NCBI GenBank assembly: GCA_965223345.1
Contig: CBDCWG010000012.1
Span: 2,304,001 to 2,368,000, forward strand
Direction of reading: 5' to 3'
From: Nitrospinales bacterium
GTDB taxonomy: Bacteria > Nitrospinota > Nitrospinia > Nitrospinales > VA-1
Length of the DNA stretch: 64,000 nt
Shown here: positions 59,491 to 64,000 of the stretch, in pieces
How the letters are laid out: every line of letters begins with the position of its first letter
How positions within the stretch are numbered: position 1 is the stretch's first letter
Notes under the pieces: generated by a model
What the model was told of the DNA's origin: nothing
Database searches by the model: none
What the model saw: the letters and a program-made list of their open reading frames with translations, nothing else
Translations under genes and position numbers: made by a program

Positions 59491-59692
59491 AGTACCTCGC
59501 ATGCTTTGGCGGTTTAGGGTTGATATGCGTTCTTTCTGGTTTCTGCTATCGGACTCTCAAAGCACAGTCCGCAAACGGGTCCCAGGGGTCCCCGCAGGGT
59601 TCCGGCAGAGGAGCGCTGGCCCAGTGTTAACAGCCCGGATCGGGTAACTATTTGATAAATGGAACCGTTAATGATTTTTGAAGCAAACCTTA

Positions 59693-59708
59693 TGCCAAAC
59701 CGGGGCCA
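59693..59708 (-). promoter_or_regulatory. Candidate sigma54 promoter for the diheme/collagen genes
   Basis: Minus strand TGGCCCCGGTTTGGCA has GG-N10-GC spacing. An IHF consensus TATCAAatagTTA lies at 59645-59657. Confidence 0.4.
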
Positions 59709-60170
59709 TTGCAAAACCGGCTGTTAGCGGCTTGTGGCGGAGGATGATGCGATAAAAAATTATGAAAAATCAGACACTGCCACAAATGGGGAAAAATGCC
59801 TGCCGGGGAGGGCCCGTTTGCGGCCCTCAGGGGGGCTGCAAACAGGCTGGGCGGGGCGCAAAAACCGCGCGATTTTCTGCAAGTCGCTGCCGCAGTGAGA
59901 GAGGCTGAAAAACGGTCTTTTAGTGGAAGGCGACGGCGGTGTGATTTTTCGTGAAAGAATATTGGGTGGAGCGCGACAATGAGATATCTTTTGAAAAGGG
60001 GAACGTTAGGAAAATACTTTTTGTCCGCGTTGCCCGCGCGGCATAAAATATGGGTGCCATCTGCTGGCCGGACAGGTTCGTCCCGCACGCGATTCGCGTT
60101 CACAGCGCAGCGGCGGGACGTTCAGGAAGAGGGAGCGAGCGTCTTAATTTCATCTCAAAAGGAGCCGCAC

Positions 60171-60710
60171 ATGAAACCTGATTTTCAAACCCGTGTCGTG
60201 GTGTGGGCGGGGGCGTTGATGCTTGCGGGGATGCTGACTTCCGGGTGCACGCCCAGCATCAAGTTCACCAAACCCCCGGTCGAGGTGACGCAAGCCGGCG
60301 ATCCGATCCCTCCGAAGGTCCAGTCCCCTGTGGAGATCTGCATGGACGTGAAAGGCTATATCCTGCGGCCTGCGGAATTCGACGTGCTGGAAAAGCCCAA
60401 GAAAGAGGCGAAAAACACCAGCCTGGATGTTTCGGCCGATGACGGCTACGGCGGCGAGTTTCGCAAGAACCTGGTGGACCCCAGTTCCGGCCACTACCAT
60501 TTGCTGATCGATGTGCCGCTGGCCGCCGGGGAGGAAGTCAACCTGCACCGGAAAAAAGACAAAAACCACATCCCGATGGTGGACGGGTCGCGCTGCAAGA
60601 CCCTCTACCTGGAGCCCGGCATGCACCGGATCCGCGCCGTGTTCGCGCACGGCAACCATGTGCCCGTCGCGCCTCTGCTCACCAACACGCTGACTGTGAT
60701 AGTCGAATGA
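60171..60710 (+). CDS. DUF4399-like lipoprotein
   Basis: AAGGAG RBS, lipobox TSGC and GHYHLLIDV...L.PG.H......G.HVP motif. Confidence 0.78.
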   Translation: MKPDFQTRVVVWAGALMLAGMLTSGCTPSIKFTKPPVEVTQAGDPIPPKVQSPVEICMDVKGYILRPAEFDVLEKPKKEAKNTSLDVSADDGYGGEFRKNLVDPSSGHYHLLIDVPLAAGEEVNLHRKKDKNHIPMVDGSRCKTLYLEPGMHRIRAVFAHGNHVPVAPLLTNTLTVIVE

Positions 60711-60878
60711 CGCCTGCGCGGTTCCTCGCCGGAGGGGCAGTTTGCTCACGCAGCGCAGTGTTTCCAGATTGAGGTTCGGTGTTGTTTGCCGCACCACTCT
60801 TGTGCGGGGAGGGGCGACCTGGATGACAATTCTACATTTTCTGAGGGAGTCCCGCATGTTGTCCGCTGTCGATTCGCC

Positions 60879-61121
60879 ATGAAACCGCTGAACGGCTGGG
60901 CCCGGCTGGCGATCGTCACCGCGGCGGCGGGGGGCCTGGCTCTGGTCCTGCCGCTGCTTAAAATCCGCCACTTCACACCCTTCAACTCCGGCGTGTCCAT
61001 TGTGATCGGCCTTCTCGCCCTGGGATGGCTTGGGTACAGCGTCGTTGCGTGGGTCGCGGCGGGATTCCGCGACAAGTCAGGAACGTCCCCGCCGCAGGAC
61101 GGCTGGGACGGCCCGGCCTGA
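60879..61121 (+). CDS. Small 2-TM hypothetical membrane protein
   Basis: MKPLNGWARLAIV... with two hydrophobic helices and GC3-rich codons. Confidence 0.6.
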   Translation: MKPLNGWARLAIVTAAAGGLALVLPLLKIRHFTPFNSGVSIVIGLLALGWLGYSVVAWVAAGFRDKSGTSPPQDGWDGPA

Positions 61122-61125
61122 GGGA

Positions 61126-62949
61126 TCAGGCGACGTTCTGGGTCTTGGCGCTGCGTTTGCGCTCGTTTTCGTCGAGGAATTTTTTGCGCAGGCGGAACGC
61201 GGAGGGCGTGATCTCGGCCAGCTCGTCGTCGTTCAGGTAACCGAGAATCTGCTCCAGGCTCATTTTGCGCGGCGGCGCGAGCTGGACGGTGTCGTCGGAA
61301 CCGGCGGCGCGCATGTTGGTGAGCTTTTTCTCCTTGCAGATGTTGACCACCAGATCGCTGTCCTTGTTGTTCTCGCCCACGATCATGCCGGTGTACACTT
61401 CCTGCCCCGGCCCCAGAAACAGGGTGCCCCGTTCCTGCAGGTTGTTCAGGGAGTAGGTGGTGGTGACGCCGTTTTCCAGCGCGATCAGCACGCCGTTGTG
61501 GCGGCCGGCCAGCGGCCCGCAATGCGGGATGTAGTTGTGGAAGCTGTGGTTCAGGATGCCGGTGCCGCGGGTCAGGGTCAACAGCTGCGAGCGGAACCCG
61601 AACAGCCCGCGCGTCGGGATCACGAATTCCAGGCGCACGGAACCGGGCGCGGTGTGCAGCATGTTTTTCATGGACGCCTTGCGCTGGCCCATCGCTTCCA
61701 TCACCGGGCCCATGTGCTCTTCCTCGACGTCGATGATGACGAACTCCTCCGGCTCCATCGTCTTGCCGTCGATTTTTTTCAGCACCACTTCCGGCCGTGA
61801 AATGGCGAACTCGTAATTCTCCCGCCGCATGGTTTCGATGAGGATGGTCAGATGCAGCTCGCCGCGGCCGGACACGCGGAACACGTCGTTGGCGTCGGTC
61901 TCCTCGACCCGGAGTGCGACGTTCTGCTTGATCTCCTTGAACAGCCGGTCGCGCAGCTGCCGCGAGGTGACGAACTTTCCCTCCCGTCCCGCGAAGGGCG
62001 AATCGTTGACACAGAAATGGATCGAAAGCGTCGGTTCGTCGATCTCGATCACCGGCAGGGCCTCGGGAAAGTCGCGGTCGGCGATGGTCTCGCCGATGTC
62101 CACTTCCTTCATGCCGGCGATGCCGATGATGTCGCCGGTGGGCGCGGCCTCCGCCTCGACGCGGCCCAGTCCCTGAAAGGAAAACAGCTTGGAGACCTTG
62201 AACTCCTGCATGTCGCCGGAGCGCTTGATGAGGGTGTAGGGTTTTTTCGCATCGAAGCTGCCGCGCTGAATCTTGCCGATGGCGATGCGGCCGACATAGT
62301 CGTCGTAGTCGATGGAGGAGACCAGCATCTGAAAGCCGCCCTCCGGTTCGCCGTCGTGCGGTTGGACTTTTTCGACGATGAGATCGAGAAGCGGCTGCAT
62401 GTCGCGGTTCTCCCCGTCCGGTTCCAGCCGGCAGAATCCCTGCTTGGCGGAGGTGTAGATGGTGGGGAAATCCAGCTGCTCGTCGCTGGCGCCCAGGTTG
62501 GCGAACAGGTCGAACACGGTGTCGAGGGCTTTTCCCGGATCGGCGCCGGCGCGGTCGATCTTGTTGATCACGACGATGGGTTTGAGTCCCAGGTCGAGGG
62601 ATTTTTTCAGGACGAAGCGGGTCTGCGGCATCGGGCCTTCGGCGGCATCGACCAGGAGCAGGACGCCGTTGACCATTTTTAGAATGCGCTCCACTTCGCC
62701 GCCGAAATCGGCGTGACCGGGCGTGTCCACGATGTTGATCTTGTATTTGCCATACTGGATGGACGCGTTCTTGGAAAAGATGGTGATGCCGCGCTCTTTT
62801 TCCAGTTCGTTGCTGTCCATGATGCAGGTGCCGGCCAGCTCGTTGGCGCGAAACAGGCCGCTCTGCTTGAGCAGACAATCGACGAGCGTGGTCTTGCCGT
62901 GATCGACGTGCGCGATGATACCGATGTTGCGAATGTGGTCTTGATTCAT
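61126..62949 (-). CDS. typA: Translational GTPase TypA/BipA
   Basis: Start [33 protein letters not shown] and KKLTNMRA motifs. Confidence 0.97.
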   Translation of the reverse strand: MNQDHIRNIGIIAHVDHGKTTLVDCLLKQSGLFRANELAGTCIMDSNELEKERGITIFSKNASIQYGKYKINIVDTPGHADFGGEVERILKMVNGVLLLVDAAEGPMPQTRFVLKKSLDLGLKPIVVINKIDRAGADPGKALDTVFDLFANLGASDEQLDFPTIYTSAKQGFCRLEPDGENRDMQPLLDLIVEKVQPHDGEPEGGFQMLVSSIDYDDYVGRIAIGKIQRGSFDAKKPYTLIKRSGDMQEFKVSKLFSFQGLGRVEAEAAPTGDIIGIAGMKEVDIGETIADRDFPEALPVIEIDEPTLSIHFCVNDSPFAGREGKFVTSRQLRDRLFKEIKQNVALRVEETDANDVFRVSGRGELHLTILIETMRRENYEFAISRPEVVLKKIDGKTMEPEEFVIIDVEEEHMGPVMEAMGQRKASMKNMLHTAPGSVRLEFVIPTRGLFGFRSQLLTLTRGTGILNHSFHNYIPHCGPLAGRHNGVLIALENGVTTTYSLNNLQERGTLFLGPGQEVYTGMIVGENNKDSDLVVNICKEKKLTNMRAAGSDDTVQLAPPRKMSLEQILGYLNDDELAEITPSAFRLRKKFLDENERKRSAKTQNVA

Positions 62950-63164
62950 GAGTTTTGAGTCGGTTGAAAGCCGGATTGGCCGGGAGTGGGGTCTCCAGGG
63001 ACGCTTTAGAACAAAGCACACCATTTTATAGCCTGCCGCGGGAAAAGCCAATAAAAAACCGGGCTGCCCGCTGGCTGGGCTGGGTGGGGCGGGGGAACCG
63101 GGACGCGCACGGGAAACACTCTGGGAAACCGCGCTCCGGGGCACGGAGGCGGGACGGTGGCCTG

Positions 63165-63740
63165 TCAGGACAGGGTCTTTTGAAAGATCAACTCGAAAAA
63201 GTAGCAGTAGGCGAAGATCGGCAGCGGCAACCCCACGAGGGTGCCGAGGAGATAGTGGCGGAACCGCACCCGCGAGAGGGCGAGGGCGTAGTTCAGGGCG
63301 GGGACGGTTTGAAACAGCAGGCGCAGCGCGGCGATCGCGCCGACCGGGTGTGCGTCCAGCCTGGCAAAGATGCGGTCGGCGAGCTTGTTGTCCAGGCTGC
63401 GCAAGGCGTTTCCGCCTATGGATTTGATCAGGAAATAACTCAGGGTGCAGGAGGTGATCGCCGCCATGTAGGTTGTGACGCCGCCCCATTCCTTTCCCAG
63501 CGCCAGCACCGCGGCGACCAGGAAGATCCATCCCGGAACATAGAGCAGGTTGCCGGCGCTGAACACCATGCAGAAAAGGAAGATGGCGAGCAGCTGGTTC
63601 TGGTCGAACAGCATCTGGATCTGTTCGGGGGAGAGGCTCTGGCGCAGGCCGGTGACCTCGGCGATCAGGAACAGCGCCGTCAGGAAAGCGACGATCTGCA
63701 GCAACCTGCGTTTCGAATTCGGCTTGGCCAAGCGTTCCAT
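63165..63740 (-). CDS. TVP38/TMEM64 (DedA/VTT) family membrane protein
   Basis: Hydrophobic, with VPG, LRLLF..P.LNY and Y..GT..G..P motifs. Confidence 0.82.
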   Translation of the reverse strand: MERLAKPNSKRRLLQIVAFLTALFLIAEVTGLRQSLSPEQIQMLFDQNQLLAIFLFCMVFSAGNLLYVPGWIFLVAAVLALGKEWGGVTTYMAAITSCTLSYFLIKSIGGNALRSLDNKLADRIFARLDAHPVGAIAALRLLFQTVPALNYALALSRVRFRHYLLGTLVGLPLPIFAYCYFFELIFQKTLS

Positions 63741-64000
63741 GGAACCGGATGTATTTTGTATCCAGGAGTCTTTTCAATATAGTCCAAAATCAGCGGGGGA
63801 CCCATGAAAAAACGATTTGAACCGGTGAGCCCGCGTCCCGGAGAGTGCGGTTCCGGTGCGGGGCGCTGGAGCGCCGGGCTGGGATTCCCGCGATCGCGGT
63901 GGTAATCTGATTGCTCAAGTTTATTCGCGGCGTGCAAACCAACTTTTCTGAAAGAAAAAATCAATTGCCATGACAAACGCGAAATTTTTCACCGTTCTTC

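Noticed and set aside
63970..64000. Possible gene start MTNAKFFTVL at the right edge
   Set aside because: Only 10 codons visible, so it cannot be supported.
1..64000. CRISPR arrays, tRNA/rRNA/tmRNA/RNase P, PEP-CTERM or exosortase genes, intact IS or integrase
   Set aside because: No periodic repeats or signature motifs found by eye.

Overview
Bacterial chromosomal window with GC-rich codon usage in the flanks. The gene content fits a diderm such as Nitrospinota or a deltaproteobacterium-like lineage (inference only). Positions ~1-51 kb are a large mosaic surface/exo-polysaccharide region. (i) A minus-strand block (1-21.9 kb) holds asnB-like amidotransferase, GT4/GT2 transferases, a Wzy-like protein, a MurJ-like flippase, a deacetylase, a methyltransferase, ugd, UDP-GlcA epimerase, wbpA/wbpB-D/wbpE-like genes and a PglC-PglF-like fusion, with an oppositely oriented pectate-lyase-like lipoprotein. 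(ii) A ~1.9 kb regulatory gap holds a sigma54/IHF promoter ahead of an unannotated 48-aa membrane peptide, and a sigma70 promoter ahead of a ~550-nt structured leader that precedes a beta-barrel + short OPX export pair. (iii) A visibly more AT-rich second cluster (~27-49 kb) has a split transketolase, DegT, Wzy, Wzc, Wzx, two deacetylases, asnB, GTs, two FemAB/GNAT proteins and a DMFase-like protein. (iv) A NamH-like MBL-Rieske hydroxylase carries an IS3 OrfA HTH fused to its C-terminus. The last 13 kb is mostly housekeeping: ALDH + ThDP enzyme, gdhA, msrAB, collagen-like protein, tandem DUF3365-like diheme protein, DUF4399-like lipoprotein, typA and a DedA/VTT protein. No tRNA, rRNA, CRISPR array or intact mobile element was seen. 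All family assignments come from motif recognition, not database searches.
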